This document shows positions 11,807 through 22,448 of a stretch of 64,000 bases of DNA, one piece after another. The first letter of the stretch is position 1. Every line of letters begins with the position of its first letter. Both the position numbers and the translations under genes were made by a program. Source of the DNA: an uncultured Eisenbergiella sp. (GTDB lineage Bacteria; Bacillota; Clostridia; Lachnospirales; Lachnospiraceae); contig CANQFM010000012.1 of NCBI GenBank assembly GCA_947598825.1, positions 1,041 to 65,040 on the forward strand, read 5' to 3'. Under the pieces are notes generated by a model that searched no databases, was not told where the DNA came from, and saw only the letters and a program-made list of their open reading frames with translations.

Positions 11807-12508
11807 ATGAGCTTTGTGGAATTTCAGGACGTGAAGAAAGTTTATCATATGGGAGAGGTGGATATCGAGGCCCTGCGGGGGGTCAGTTTCCAGATAGAAA
11901 AAGGGGAATTTTGCGTGGTGGTGGGCGCCTCCGGCGCAGGAAAAACCACGATCCTGAACATTCTGGGCGGTATGGATACGTTGTCCTCCGGGAAAGTATG
12001 GCTGGACGGCAGTGAGATCTCTTCCTATACGAAGCGGCAGTTGACGGCCTACCGGCGCCATGATATCGGCTTTGTATTCCAGTTTTACAATCTGGTGCAG
12101 AACCTGACCGCCCTGGAAAATGTGGAACTGGCCTCCCAGATCTGCAGGGAGCCGCTGAACGCTGCGGATGTGCTGCAAAAGGTAGGGCTGGCGGAGCGCG
12201 CCGGCAATTTTCCCGCGCAGCTTTCCGGCGGGGAACAGCAGCGCGTGGCCATCGCCAGGGCGCTGGCGAAGAACCCGAAGCTGCTTTTATGCGACGAGCC
12301 TACGGGGGCGCTGGATTATAACACGGGGAAAGCCGTATTGAAGCTGCTACAGGACACCTGCCGCAACGGCGGGGTCACCGTGGTGGTCATCACTCACAAT
12401 CAGGCGCTGACCGCCATGGCGGACAGGGTGATCACGGTGAAGAACGGGACGATCACCGATATGAGGAAGAATGCGCATATTGTTCCGGTAGAAGAAATTG
12501 AATGGTGA
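11807..12508 (+). CDS. ABC transporter ATP-binding protein (LolD/MacB-type)
   Basis: [48 protein letters not shown]. Confidence 0.95.
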   Translation: MSFVEFQDVKKVYHMGEVDIEALRGVSFQIEKGEFCVVVGASGAGKTTILNILGGMDTLSSGKVWLDGSEISSYTKRQLTAYRRHDIGFVFQFYNLVQNLTALENVELASQICREPLNAADVLQKVGLAERAGNFPAQLSGGEQQRVAIARALAKNPKLLLCDEPTGALDYNTGKAVLKLLQDTCRNGGVTVVVITHNQALTAMADRVITVKNGTITDMRKNAHIVPVEEIEW

Positions 12509-12520
12509 GGGAGAACCCAG

Positions 12521-15500
12521 ATGAAATCGTCAATGGTTAAAACCACCCTGCGGGAGATCAGGAACAGTTTTGGGAGATGGTTCGCGATCCTGGCCATCAT
12601 TGCGCTGGGCGTGGGCTTTTTTTCGGGGCTGATGATGACCACGCCCTCCATGCTGCAGGCCGGCAGCGATTATATGAACGGACATGAGCTTTACGACCTG
12701 CGGCTTCTGTCCACGCTGGGGTTTGAACGGGGGTCGGAAATGGCCTTTACGGGAAATGAAGAGATCAAGGCCGCAGAGGGCGCGGTATCTACGGATTTTA
12801 TCGGGACGACTGAAGACGGGGAGAACCGCGTGCTGTCGGCCCAGACGCTTTTAAAGACGCAGAACCAGGTAGAGGTGGTAGAGGGCAGGCTGCCCCAGAC
12901 GGCGGCGGAATGCGTCATAGACGCGAATCTGCAGGGAGTGCCCATAGGATCGTTGATCCGGATCTCCGAGGAAAACGATGAAACGCGCCGGGATCTGTTC
13001 TCTCAGAAAGAATATACGGTGGTGGGCAGGGTGAACGCGGTAGCCTACGCGCAGTATGAACGCGGTTCCAGTTCCCTGGGGAACGGCAAGATCACAGGGT
13101 TTGCATATCTGCTTCCGGAAGGGTTTGAAAGCGATTATTATACGGAGATCTTCCTGCGCGTCAAACAGGACTATACGCTTTACGACGATGTCTATAAGAC
13201 GAGGATCGACTCGCTGAAGGACTGGGCAAAACCGCTGACGGAACAGGCGGCCCGGGACCGCTATGAAAACATTCTGTCGGAGGCGGACGAAAAGCTGGCG
13301 GATGCGCAGGCCGAACTGGAAGAAAAAACGGCGGAGGGAAGGCAGGAGCTGGACGATGCCAGGCAAAAGATCGAGGACAGTGAGAAGGAACTGGCGGACG
13401 CCGAAGAACAGATCGAGGAGGGAGAACAGCAGCTTGCGCAGGCCCGGGAGGAGCTGGAGTCGGGCCGGAGGGAACTGGAGGATAACGCCTCCCGGCTGGC
13501 CGATGGACGTATACAGGTGGAGACCGGGCTTTCCCAGATCGCACAGGCGCGGCAGCAGATGGAGGCAGCGCTTACGGCCCTGCAGGCCGCAGGAGGGCAG
13601 GATATGGCAGGCCAGGCCGGGGATGCGGCCCTTTCGCAGACGTCCTATGGACAGCTTCTGACGCAGCTTGAAGCGCTCCGGGCGCAGGAGTCTCAGCTTG
13701 AGGCGCAGCTTGCCGGGATCGAAGAGGGAGAGGCGCAGCTCGTCCAAGGGCGGCGGAGCCTGCAGGAGGCGGAAGCCGAGATCGCCGACAGGGAAGAAGA
13801 ACTGGAGGAAAACCGTCGGAAGCTGTCCGATGCCCGGGAAGAACTGGAAGAGGGCCGGAAAGAATACGCAGACGGAGAGGAAGAACTTGCGGAAAAGACG
13901 GCCCAGGCCCAGGAAGAGATCGATGACGCTTCCAGGGAAATAGAAGAGATCGAGGAACCGGAAACCTATGTGCTGGGAAGGGATACCAACATCGGGTACG
14001 TTTGTTTTGAAAGCGATTCCGGCATTGTGGCGGGCATCGCGAAGGTGTTTCCGATCTTTTTCTTTCTGGTGGCCGCGCTGGTGTGCATCACCACGATGAA
14101 TCGGATGGTAGAAGAACAGCGCACCCAGATCGGCGTGTTAAAGGCGCTGGGATATGGGGAAGCGAGCGTGATGGGGAAATATCTGTTCTATTCCGGCAGC
14201 GCCGCCGTCATCGGCAGCATAGCAGGGTTTGCGGCGGGCGGCGCTATCTTTCCTACCGTCATTTGGGAAGCCTATAAGATCATGTACCGGATGGGAGAGA
14301 TCCGTCTTTGCTATGACTGGAAGCTGGCGGCGATATCCCTTGCGGTAGCGCTTCTGTGTTCCATGGGCACCACCTGGATGACCTGCAGGTATGAGCTGCA
14401 CAGCGTGGCGGCGGAGCTGATCCGGCCGAAAGCGCCCCGGAACGGGAAACGTATTCTCCTGGAAAGATTGCCCTTTTTGTGGGGACGTCTTTCTTTCCTG
14501 GTGAAAGTTTCCGTTCGGAACGTGATGCGCTATAAGAGGCGTTTTTTCATGATGGTGGTAGGCATCGGCGGTTGTACGGCGCTGCTGGTCACGGGGTTTG
14601 GGATCAAGGATTCCATTGTCGATGTGGCCCGGCAGCAGTTTGAAGAGATCCAGTTATATGAGATGAGCCTTACGCTGTCGGAGGGCGGGGAAGAACAGCG
14701 GGAGAACGCGGCGGACATAGCGCTTCAAAACGGCGCCGAAAGCTATACCTGGGTCAGCGAGAAGGCGTTGGATCTGACCGGCCCGGAGGGCACAAAATCC
14801 GTCACCGTTATCGTCCCCGGGGAGCCGGAGCGGATGGGAGAATTTGTGAATCTCAGGTCGCCTCAGGGCGTTTCCCTTGCCTGGCCTCAGACCGGCGAAG
14901 CTGTCGTGACCGATGAAGTGGCGGAAAAATGCGGCATAGAGGTGGGGGATACGGTCCTTTTGCGCAATGAGGACGGGGAGAGCCTGCATGTCACCGTTAC
15001 GGCGCTGGCGGGAAATTACGTTTATAATTACGTCTATGTGAACGCCGACACCTGGGAGAAGGATAACGGGGCGCCTCCGGAATTTAAGAGCCTGTACTTC
15101 AACGTGCCGCAGGATACGGCTCCCGAGAAGCTGTCGGAGAGCCTGTTGGAGTGCGAAGACGTTTCTTCGGTTTCCATCAACGCGGACTTTATGGAGCGCG
15201 TGGATAATATGATGAGCAGCCTGGACTATATCGTGCTTTTGATCATTCTGTGCGCCGGCGCTCTGGCGTTTATCGTGATCTACAACCTGACCAATATCAA
15301 TATCACGGAGCGCCTGCGCGAGATCGCCACCATTAAGGTGCTGGGCTTTTATCCGGGAGAGACAGCCGCCTATGTTTTCCGGGAAAATGTGGTGCTGACC
15401 GCGATCGGCGCGCTGGCCGGACAGGGGCTTGGCGTGCTGCTGCACCGCTTTGTTATGGATCGGATCAAGGTGGATATGGTCAGCTTCGATATTCGTATCC

Positions 15501-15622
15501 TGCCGTTGAGCTTTGCGAAAAGCATCCTTCTCACCTTCCTGTTTATGGCCGTAGTGGATGTTTTCATGTACCTCAAGCTGGAACGCATCGATATGGCGGA
15601 ATCGTTAAAAAGCATCGAGTGA
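12521..15622 (+). CDS. FtsX/MacB-type ABC permease, two FtsX repeats with a long E/Q/A-rich coiled coil
   Basis: N-terminal TM, extracellular domain, about 230-aa coiled coil, FPIFFFLVAALVCITTMNRMVEEQRTQIG-LKALGY, and a second repeat NITERLREIATIKVLGF. Confidence 0.9.
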   Translation: MKSSMVKTTLREIRNSFGRWFAILAIIALGVGFFSGLMMTTPSMLQAGSDYMNGHELYDLRLLSTLGFERGSEMAFTGNEEIKAAEGAVSTDFIGTTEDGENRVLSAQTLLKTQNQVEVVEGRLPQTAAECVIDANLQGVPIGSLIRISEENDETRRDLFSQKEYTVVGRVNAVAYAQYERGSSSLGNGKITGFAYLLPEGFESDYYTEIFLRVKQDYTLYDDVYKTRIDSLKDWAKPLTEQAARDRYENILSEADEKLADAQAELEEKTAEGRQELDDARQKIEDSEKELADAEEQIEEGEQQLAQAREELESGRRELEDNASRLADGRIQVETGLSQIAQARQQMEAALTALQAAGGQDMAGQAGDAALSQTSYGQLLTQLEALRAQESQLEAQLAGIEEGEAQLVQGRRSLQEAEAEIADREEELEENRRKLSDAREELEEGRKEYADGEEELAEKTAQAQEEIDDASREIEEIEEPETYVLGRDTNIGYVCFESDSGIVAGIAKVFPIFFFLVAALVCITTMNRMVEEQRTQIGVLKALGYGEASVMGKYLFYSGSAAVIGSIAGFAAGGAIFPTVIWEAYKIMYRMGEIRLCYDWKLAAISLAVALLCSMGTTWMTCRYELHSVAAELIRPKAPRNGKRILLERLPFLWGRLSFLVKVSVRNVMRYKRRFFMMVVGIGGCTALLVTGFGIKDSIVDVARQQFEEIQLYEMSLTLSEGGEEQRENAADIALQNGAESYTWVSEKALDLTGPEGTKSVTVIVPGEPERMGEFVNLRSPQGVSLAWPQTGEAVVTDEVAEKCGIEVGDTVLLRNEDGESLHVTVTALAGNYVYNYVYVNADTWEKDNGAPPEFKSLYFNVPQDTAPEKLSESLLECEDVSSVSINADFMERVDNMMSSLDYIVLLIILCAGALAFIVIYNLTNINITERLREIATIKVLGFYPGETAAYVFRENVVLTAIGALAGQGLGVLLHRFVMDRIKVDMVSFDIRILPLSFAKSILLTFLFMAVVDVFMYLKLERIDMAESLKSIE

Positions 15623-17431
15623 GCGGCTTTTCAGCCGCCGGACGAGGTTTGGAAAATCGGAGGGCCCGGCTTCCAGGACGAACCGATGAAATCTTTGCAG
15701 GGAGAACGATTCTCCCCAGAGCGCTCTGGCCCTCTCCCGCAGGGCGGTCATTTCCAGATAACCGACATAGTATTTCAGGTAAGAAGCGGGAGAGGTCCGC
15801 AGATAGTCGTAGATCTGCAGAGCGTTTTCTTCCGGCAGTCCGAAGGAGGTCAACGAGCGCAGGATGTCGCTGCGGGGAGCGCCATAGTAGTGCAGAGAAA
15901 TATCCAGCAGGGAAAAGAGGTTGATCTGCAGGTCCCGTTGGAGGGAAAGCATACGGCACAAAAGCGCTGCAGGGGAATCCGGGTCGCCGTTTGACAAAAG
16001 CTGCGCGGCATATTCGTAGGAGATCCGTTCCGTATAATAGGCCCACCCTTCCACATAGCCGCCGTAAAAGAGGAGTTCCCGCACGGGCTGGTCGTTTTGT
16101 ATGGAAGCGTAGAGAGAGGAATATACGGTCTGGTATAAATGGCCCGGGTATCCTTCATGGGCCAGGGTGGTATACAGTTCGATCCCTTCCGCGGTGGAGG
16201 AACGGTTGATGCAGATGGTGTTGTGGGTCAGATCGTCGATGGGCGGGGACATATAAAAGGCGGGACTGGTGAAAGGCTCCAGAGCGCTGTCCACATCTTT
16301 GACCAGGCAGCCGACGTCTTCTGAGGCGATCCGGGGGAACGCAGGAAAGTCTGCCTGCATCCTTGCCTGAAGATCCTTTAGGATCTGTTCCGGCTCTGTG
16401 AGCGGAAAAGATTCTGAAAGCAGGGCGGGATCAGGATCGCTGCCGGTCTGCGCCCGGTATTCCTGCAGCAGTTTTTTGAACTCCTTAAATTTTTTTTGAA
16501 AGGTTTTTTGCAGAAGCCGGAACATGCTGTCCATATCCAGGCAGGAGCCGGTGCTGCTGGCGGTAAGCCAGGCGTAATAGGCCCGGCCGTCCGGCATCCC
16601 GGCCAGGCCGTCTTCGTATTGGCCGCTGCCGGAAAGCAGCGTCAGGCCGTCCCCCAGTTTTTGATAGGCGGGCAGCACTACGGTCATGAGCAGGCGGTCA
16701 TTTTCGGAAAGGTATTGTTCCTCCTGCGCCGGTGTGATCAGATGATCCTGCAAAAGCGTATCCAACCGTTCCCGAAATGTGGTCTGCAGGAAATGGGTGC
16801 CGCTGGAAAGCGAGGCCTGATCCAGGATTGCGTCGCATTGCGCCGTTACGGTCCGAACGTCTGCGTCCGTCATGAAAAGACCGGCCTGCGCCTTTTGCGT
16901 CTCATATTCCATAAGCCCTTCCAGATAGGGCGCGACGGACTCCAGCAGGGACAGATAGCTTTGGACGTCCGCGTCGCTGCGCAGCGTATATTCGGCAAAG
17001 AGAAGGGGAAGCTCACAGTGCATTCCGGAAGACGGGGACAAGGGTTCTTCATAGAAAGAAAACGCCTGGCCCTCCAACCGGTTTTTCAGCCAGGAACATA
17101 ACAGGTCGTAGGTATAGCGTTCTTCTTCTTTCAGCCTGGCAGGGCGGATATGGGAAAGCCGCGTCAGCATCCGCCGACAGCTTTCCTCTGTGCGGGATGT
17201 AGAGTCGGGCGAATAGACGGGCAGGGCCGACGCTGCGGAAGAAATGCCGAAGTTTTCCGGGTGGGCCAGGGTAAAATGCAGGCTTAAGGGATCCTGTTTC
17301 AGCGATTGAGTAAAAAAAGATTCCGTCAGGCGGCGAAAGGCGATGCGGTCTGCCTGGCCGGAGAAAAAGAAGCAGGACAGACAGAGCAGAAGAAGCAGGC
17401 TGGCGAAAAGAAGAGAGCGTCTTTTTTTCAA
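15605..17431 (-). CDS. DUF885-family exported protein with metallopeptidase-like HEGYPGH motif
   Basis: Signal-like N-terminus MKKRRSLLFASLLLLLCLSC. TLAHEGYPGHLYQ, VEGWAYYTE, YLKYYVGY, FHRFVLEAG. Confidence 0.75.
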   Translation of the reverse strand: MKKRRSLLFASLLLLLCLSCFFFSGQADRIAFRRLTESFFTQSLKQDPLSLHFTLAHPENFGISSAASALPVYSPDSTSRTEESCRRMLTRLSHIRPARLKEEERYTYDLLCSWLKNRLEGQAFSFYEEPLSPSSGMHCELPLLFAEYTLRSDADVQSYLSLLESVAPYLEGLMEYETQKAQAGLFMTDADVRTVTAQCDAILDQASLSSGTHFLQTTFRERLDTLLQDHLITPAQEEQYLSENDRLLMTVVLPAYQKLGDGLTLLSGSGQYEDGLAGMPDGRAYYAWLTASSTGSCLDMDSMFRLLQKTFQKKFKEFKKLLQEYRAQTGSDPDPALLSESFPLTEPEQILKDLQARMQADFPAFPRIASEDVGCLVKDVDSALEPFTSPAFYMSPPIDDLTHNTICINRSSTAEGIELYTTLAHEGYPGHLYQTVYSSLYASIQNDQPVRELLFYGGYVEGWAYYTERISYEYAAQLLSNGDPDSPAALLCRMLSLQRDLQINLFSLLDISLHYYGAPRSDILRSLTSFGLPEENALQIYDYLRTSPASYLKYYVGYLEMTALRERARALWGESFSLQRFHRFVLEAGPSDFPNLVRRLKSRSLDAF

Positions 17432-17624
17432 TTTCGTTCTTCCGGTATTTTTTCTATCATTTTATGACGCTTTCCGGACGGTTATGAAAAAAGAGGGCAG
17501 CGGCGGCCAACGGTCGAATATTGCGCAAAAGGGGCTTGACCATCCAGCCTAAAGTGTGGTACAAGATAGGAGTACCTCATGTGGGACGGAAAGACGCTGT
17601 GCGGGACAGGAAAGAGGACTTCAT

Positions 17625-18287
17625 ATGACGAATATTTTGGCACCCTCCATATTGGCGGCGGATATCATGCGGCTGGGAGAACAGATCGAAGCTGTGCATA
17701 AGGCTGGCGCAGAATATCTGCATATCGATGTGATGGATGGGGTTTTTGTGCCTTCTCTTTCCTATGGCGTGTGCGTGGTGGAGTCGATCCGAAAATCCTG
17801 CGATATGGTTTTGGACGTGCATCTGATGATCGTGGAGCCGGACCGGTATGTGGAGGCTTTTGCCAGGGCGGGGGCGGATATCATCACGGTGCATCTGGAG
17901 GCGTGCGATGACGTGCGAGATACGCTGGAGCTGATCCACAGCCATGGATGCCGCGCCGGGCTTTCCATCAAACCCAAGACGCCGGTGGAGGATATTGAGA
18001 AGTATCTGGATCAGATAGACCTGTTGCTGATCATGAGCGTAGAACCGGGATTTGGCGGGCAGAAATATTTCCCCGAATCCACGCAGCGGATCGCCCAGGC
18101 GAGAGAACTGATCGACCGGCAGGATCATCCCATCGATCTGGAGGTGGATGGCGGCATTACGTTGGAGAACGTGAGAGAGGTGCTTTTGGCAGGCGCGAAT
18201 GTGATCGTATCCGGGTCCACGGTATTCCATGGATCGGAAGCAGACATGGCAGCGTTGATGAAGAGCCTGCGGGAATGTGAGAGATAG
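17625..18287 (+). CDS. rpe: Ribulose-phosphate 3-epimerase
   Basis: ILAPSILAAD, HIDVMDGVFVPSLSYG, DVHLMI, MSVEPGFGGQ, EVDGGI, VSGS. Confidence 0.95.
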   Translation: MTNILAPSILAADIMRLGEQIEAVHKAGAEYLHIDVMDGVFVPSLSYGVCVVESIRKSCDMVLDVHLMIVEPDRYVEAFARAGADIITVHLEACDDVRDTLELIHSHGCRAGLSIKPKTPVEDIEKYLDQIDLLLIMSVEPGFGGQKYFPESTQRIAQARELIDRQDHPIDLEVDGGITLENVREVLLAGANVIVSGSTVFHGSEADMAALMKSLRECER

Positions 18288-18381
18288 GAAAGGCCTGTCG
18301 ACGGCCGCTGTAAGGAGATAACAGAAGAACCGGGGGACCGCAGACCGTGCGGCCCCTTTTCAATTCCCAAAAGCGGGGCCG

Positions 18382-19314
18382 TTACAAGAACAGCACGACG
18401 ATCGGTATTGTGATCACGGACAGCAGCGTAGACAGCACGATGATCCGGGCATGGGTATCCGAATCCAGTCCATGTTCCCGGGAACTCATCAGAGGCAGAT
18501 TGCCGCTGGGAACTGCCAGCAGCAGCGCACAGGTACCAAGCAGCAGCGGATCGGAAATAAAACTGCGCAACAGCAGCACGCATCCGATGGGTAAGAGCAG
18601 GAGCCGCAGCGCCAAAAAGAGATAGTCCCTGGCATGGCAGAAGATCGTCCTGAGGGGCATCTGCGCTACCGCCGTACCCAGCACCAGCATGGAGAGGAAG
18701 GTGGTGGCTCTTCCCATGTAAGTGAGAGCATCGGTAAAGACGGCGCTCACAGGAATGTCGCTCAGATAGAAAACGATGGTCAGAAGCGCGGAAACCGTCC
18801 CCACATTGACCAGCTTGCCGAGCAGGTCCCTGCGGCTGTTTTGCGCCTTTATCCCGGCTTTTTTCCGGATAATGGATAAACCGTAGGTGTAAAAAAGGAC
18901 ATTGTAGACCAGGTTGTTGAGGGAAACGAAGATCAGGGCGCTGCTCCCAAGCACGGCGGAAACCAGCGGAATGCCCAAAAAGCCCACGTTTCCGTATACG
19001 GTCAGAAAATGATAGACATGGCGCTCATCCGGGTCGGTCTTTAAAAGGCGGGGGATCAGGGAGCCCATGAGCAGAAGGATGGCGTATAAAAGAAGCGTGA
19101 TCCCGAAAGCGTAGCCAAGCTGCAGAAGGGAGAGCTTTGGCCCATCGTCAAAGGCGGAGCAAAGCAGGGCGGCGGGATTGCAGACGTTCGCCACCAGCCC
19201 GGAGATATGCCGGGAGGAAATATCGCTTAGTTTTTCTTTTTTGTATAAATAATAACCGACTACGATCATGAGCAGCATGACGCACATCTGCCCGATTACG
19301 ATAGAAATGTCCAT
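18382..19314 (-). CDS. AEC (auxin efflux carrier) family transporter
   Basis: About 10 TM segments, YGNVGFLGIPLV, and LSMLVLG and LLAVPSG repeats. Start uncertain (ORF is open to 19350). Confidence 0.85.
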   Translation of the reverse strand: MDISIVIGQMCVMLLMIVVGYYLYKKEKLSDISSRHISGLVANVCNPAALLCSAFDDGPKLSLLQLGYAFGITLLLYAILLLMGSLIPRLLKTDPDERHVYHFLTVYGNVGFLGIPLVSAVLGSSALIFVSLNNLVYNVLFYTYGLSIIRKKAGIKAQNSRRDLLGKLVNVGTVSALLTIVFYLSDIPVSAVFTDALTYMGRATTFLSMLVLGTAVAQMPLRTIFCHARDYLFLALRLLLLPIGCVLLLRSFISDPLLLGTCALLLAVPSGNLPLMSSREHGLDSDTHARIIVLSTLLSVITIPIVVLFL

Positions 19315-19447
19315 AACAAATGCCTTTCCTTTTTTACTGCCCATCATCATATCACAGATTTGGGGATTGGTAAATAAAAAGGATTTATGATATCATGGAT
19401 TCAAAAAGGATACCCGGTAAAAGGGGATCATGATGGGGAGAAAAGGG

Positions 19448-20404
19448 ATGTATATACTTGTTACGCCGCCGGTCAACGAGCGGCAAAAAGAAACGCTGCG
19501 CGCCGCCGCGCCGGGGCAGGAGATGGTATTCCATCAAAAAGACGAAGTGACAAAGGAAGATCTGATGCAGGCGCAGATCATTCTGGGGAATCTGTCGGAT
19601 CCAAAGGATCTGGCGCTGTGCAGCCGCCTTAAGTGGATCCAGTTGAACAATGCCGGTACGGAGGGCTACTGCGAGCCGGGCGTTCTGCCCAAAGGCGCCC
19701 TTCTGGCCAATGCGACGGGGGCCTATGGGCTGGCCATCTCCGAGCATATGATCGGATGCCTGTTTGAACTGCGCAAGAAGCTGCATCTTTATCGGCAGAA
19801 TCAGGCGGCCCACCTGTGGAAATCGGAAGGCTTTGTGGACGTGGTGGAGGGTTCCCGCGTCCTGGTGATCGGCTTTGGGGATATCGGTTCGACATTTGGA
19901 AGAAAGATGAAGGCCCTAGGCTGTCAGGTGATCGGCGTAAAACGAAGGATAACGGAGAAACCGGAATGGCTGGAAGGGTTATATCCCATGGAAGAACTGG
20001 ACCGGCTGTTGCCCTGGGCGGACGTCGTGGCCATGAGCCTGCCGGGGAATCCTGCCACCTATCATGTGCTGGATCAAAGGAGGATTTCCCTGCTGAAAAA
20101 AAATGCGGTGGTGATCAATGTGGGGCGCGGGACAGCCATTGACACGGATGCCCTCACAGACGCCCTTCTCGCCGGACGGATCGCGGGCGCAGCGCTGGAT
20201 GTGACCGACCCTGAGCCTCTTTCGAAAGACCATCCTCTCTGGGATGCGAAGAACGCCCTGATCACGCCTCACATTTCGGGCGGGTTTGCCCTGCCCGAGA
20301 CGCTGGAGCAGATCGTCGGCCTTTTTGCCGATAATCTGCGGAGATATTTTGCCGGAATACCGATCGGCAATCTGGTGGATCTGACGACCGGTTATCGCCT
20401 TTGA
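19448..20404 (+). CDS. D-isomer-specific 2-hydroxyacid dehydrogenase
   Basis: IGFGDIG Rossmann motif, INVGRG, ALDVTDPEP, ITPHISG. Confidence 0.9.
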   Translation: MYILVTPPVNERQKETLRAAAPGQEMVFHQKDEVTKEDLMQAQIILGNLSDPKDLALCSRLKWIQLNNAGTEGYCEPGVLPKGALLANATGAYGLAISEHMIGCLFELRKKLHLYRQNQAAHLWKSEGFVDVVEGSRVLVIGFGDIGSTFGRKMKALGCQVIGVKRRITEKPEWLEGLYPMEELDRLLPWADVVAMSLPGNPATYHVLDQRRISLLKKNAVVINVGRGTAIDTDALTDALLAGRIAGAALDVTDPEPLSKDHPLWDAKNALITPHISGGFALPETLEQIVGLFADNLRRYFAGIPIGNLVDLTTGYRL

Positions 20405-20524
20405 GAGTATCTTAGTGTTTTCTTAGATCGTCGGCCAGGGGAACAGTTACATATGTTACGGATTGGTTACATGTGGATATTGCTTTTTGGCCGAAGACGG
20501 TGATAAAATAGAAAACGGCTGATA

Positions 20525-22414
20525 TTGTTTTGGGGGGAAAGGGTCTTGGATCGAAAGAAGGGCAATGCCGGCAAAAAGGGAGGCCGGATTGTACGGAAGA
20601 AAAAAGACATACATTATAAAAGGCTCGTTATTCTCTATGCAGCGATCATGCTGCTGGCCCTCTGCGGGTTGGGCGGCGGCCTGAGCTGGGCTTTTCTGGC
20701 CAACGGGCGCGCGGATCTGACGGCACGGCTGGAGGAAAGCAGCCCTGAAGAAACCTCCGTAGAAACGCTGCCCGCTGCAGCGGCAGGAGAAGAGACGTCG
20801 GCACAGGAGGAAACGGAGACAGAGCCGGAGACCGAAACGCAGGAACAGGACGTCTATGTGGAACTGACGCCCGGAAACATCCGTGATTATGTCCGGGTGG
20901 ATTCCTGTGAGATCCTTCCGGGGACAGGCCGTTTTCAACTGAAAGCGCAGGTGGAGGAAAAGCCTGTCAGCGACGATGACTTTTTTTATCTGATAGAGAT
21001 GAAGATGTACGAAAACGAACTGGATCCGGAGCGGGATTATCTGGCGGCGGCCAAAAAGGACAGGGAGTTTACGCTGCAGGCCGGAGTCAATGAGAACCGG
21101 GCCAATTCCCGGCTGTATTCCAAGTTCGTGGTGGCGGTAAAGCTGGACGGCGCGTTTGTGGCGCTCTGCGAACCGCAGTACATCTGCAATCCGGAGGCGC
21201 TGGCGGCCTATGACGACGCGTTCCCCAAGACCAGCTCCATCAAGGGGATCCTCGTAGATCCGATGAAACTGGGAGGCTCTGAACTGGATGACCTGGGGGT
21301 GAAGCACGCCGCCTATAACATCCCGGTTTCCAATATTCTGGGCAAAACCACCAACGGCGCTTATCCGACCATTTATTATGATTATAACGGCAAAACCTAT
21401 GCCTTCAACGGGCAGCGGATCTCGGAGTATGACTATGTATTTCGCACGCTGACCCAGAAAAATATCGTCATCACGGCGATTCTGTTAAACAATAAGAGCG
21501 GCGCGCAGCCCCAGTTGATCCATCCTCTTTCCCGGAACGGTTCCGGACATTACTATGCCTTTAATACCGCCGAGGAGGATGGGATCCAGACCATGGCGGC
21601 TGTGGGGTCTTTTCTGGCGCAGCGCTACCGGGACAGGGAGCATGGCACCGTGATGAACTGGATCGTGGGGAACGAGGTCAACGTCCGTTCGGACTGGAAT
21701 TACATGCAGTATGTGGATCTGGATACCTATGCGGGGGAATATGCCAAGGCGGTGCGCGTTTTTTACAACAGCATCAAAAGCATGAACGCCAACGCCCGCA
21801 TTTATGTTTCCATGGATCAGCAGTGGGACCGGAATCTGGAGAGCAACGGAAGCTATGATGTAAAGGATCTGCTGGCGTCCTTCAATCAGATCGTGTCCCG
21901 GGAAGGGAATATCGACTGGGGGCTCGCCCACCATCCCTATGCCTATCCGCTCAATAATACGACCTTCTGGAATTCCTCCAGCAAGATCGACAGTCTGATC
22001 ACGGATTCAGAGAACACCTCTATCGTGACGATGCAGAATATTCAGGTGGTGACGGATTATATGCAGCGGGAGGAGATGCTTACGGCGAAAGGGGAAGTCC
22101 GTCCGATCATCTTAAGCGAGCTGGGATATTCCTCCGCCAAGGGGGAGACTAATCAGGCGGCGGCCTTTGCCTATGCCTATTACGCCGCGGAGAGCAATCC
22201 CTATATCGACGCGATGATCCTCTCCCGGCAGACCGACGCGTCGGAGGAAGTGGCCCAGGGCTTGTCGCTGGGGCTGTCTTTCCAGGGAGGAAGGCATAAA
22301 TTCATCTATGAGGTATTCAAGAATATCGATCAGCCCGGTTCCGAGGGCGTGACGGAATTTGCCAAATCCATCATAGGCATTCAGAACTGGAGCAAAGTGA
22401 CAGGGGAATCCTGA
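20525..22414 (+). CDS. Membrane-anchored DUF5722-like protein with clan GH-A-type catalytic motifs
   Basis: Basic N-terminus, TM helix, E/T-rich linker, Ig-like region, then WIVGNEVN, AHHPYAYP and ILSELGY. Start uncertain (TTG 20525 or 20546). Confidence 0.7.
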   Translation: MFWGERVLDRKKGNAGKKGGRIVRKKKDIHYKRLVILYAAIMLLALCGLGGGLSWAFLANGRADLTARLEESSPEETSVETLPAAAAGEETSAQEETETEPETETQEQDVYVELTPGNIRDYVRVDSCEILPGTGRFQLKAQVEEKPVSDDDFFYLIEMKMYENELDPERDYLAAAKKDREFTLQAGVNENRANSRLYSKFVVAVKLDGAFVALCEPQYICNPEALAAYDDAFPKTSSIKGILVDPMKLGGSELDDLGVKHAAYNIPVSNILGKTTNGAYPTIYYDYNGKTYAFNGQRISEYDYVFRTLTQKNIVITAILLNNKSGAQPQLIHPLSRNGSGHYYAFNTAEEDGIQTMAAVGSFLAQRYRDREHGTVMNWIVGNEVNVRSDWNYMQYVDLDTYAGEYAKAVRVFYNSIKSMNANARIYVSMDQQWDRNLESNGSYDVKDLLASFNQIVSREGNIDWGLAHHPYAYPLNNTTFWNSSSKIDSLITDSENTSIVTMQNIQVVTDYMQREEMLTAKGEVRPIILSELGYSSAKGETNQAAAFAYAYYAAESNPYIDAMILSRQTDASEEVAQGLSLGLSFQGGRHKFIYEVFKNIDQPGSEGVTEFAKSIIGIQNWSKVTGES

Positions 22415-22448
22415 AACAAAAGAAAATGTGCATTGCAGGGAGGAAAAG

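Noticed and set aside
13260-13960. E/Q/A-rich quasi-repeats in the 1033-aa permease
   Set aside because: Expected coiled coil in this permease family, with no exact DNA repeat.
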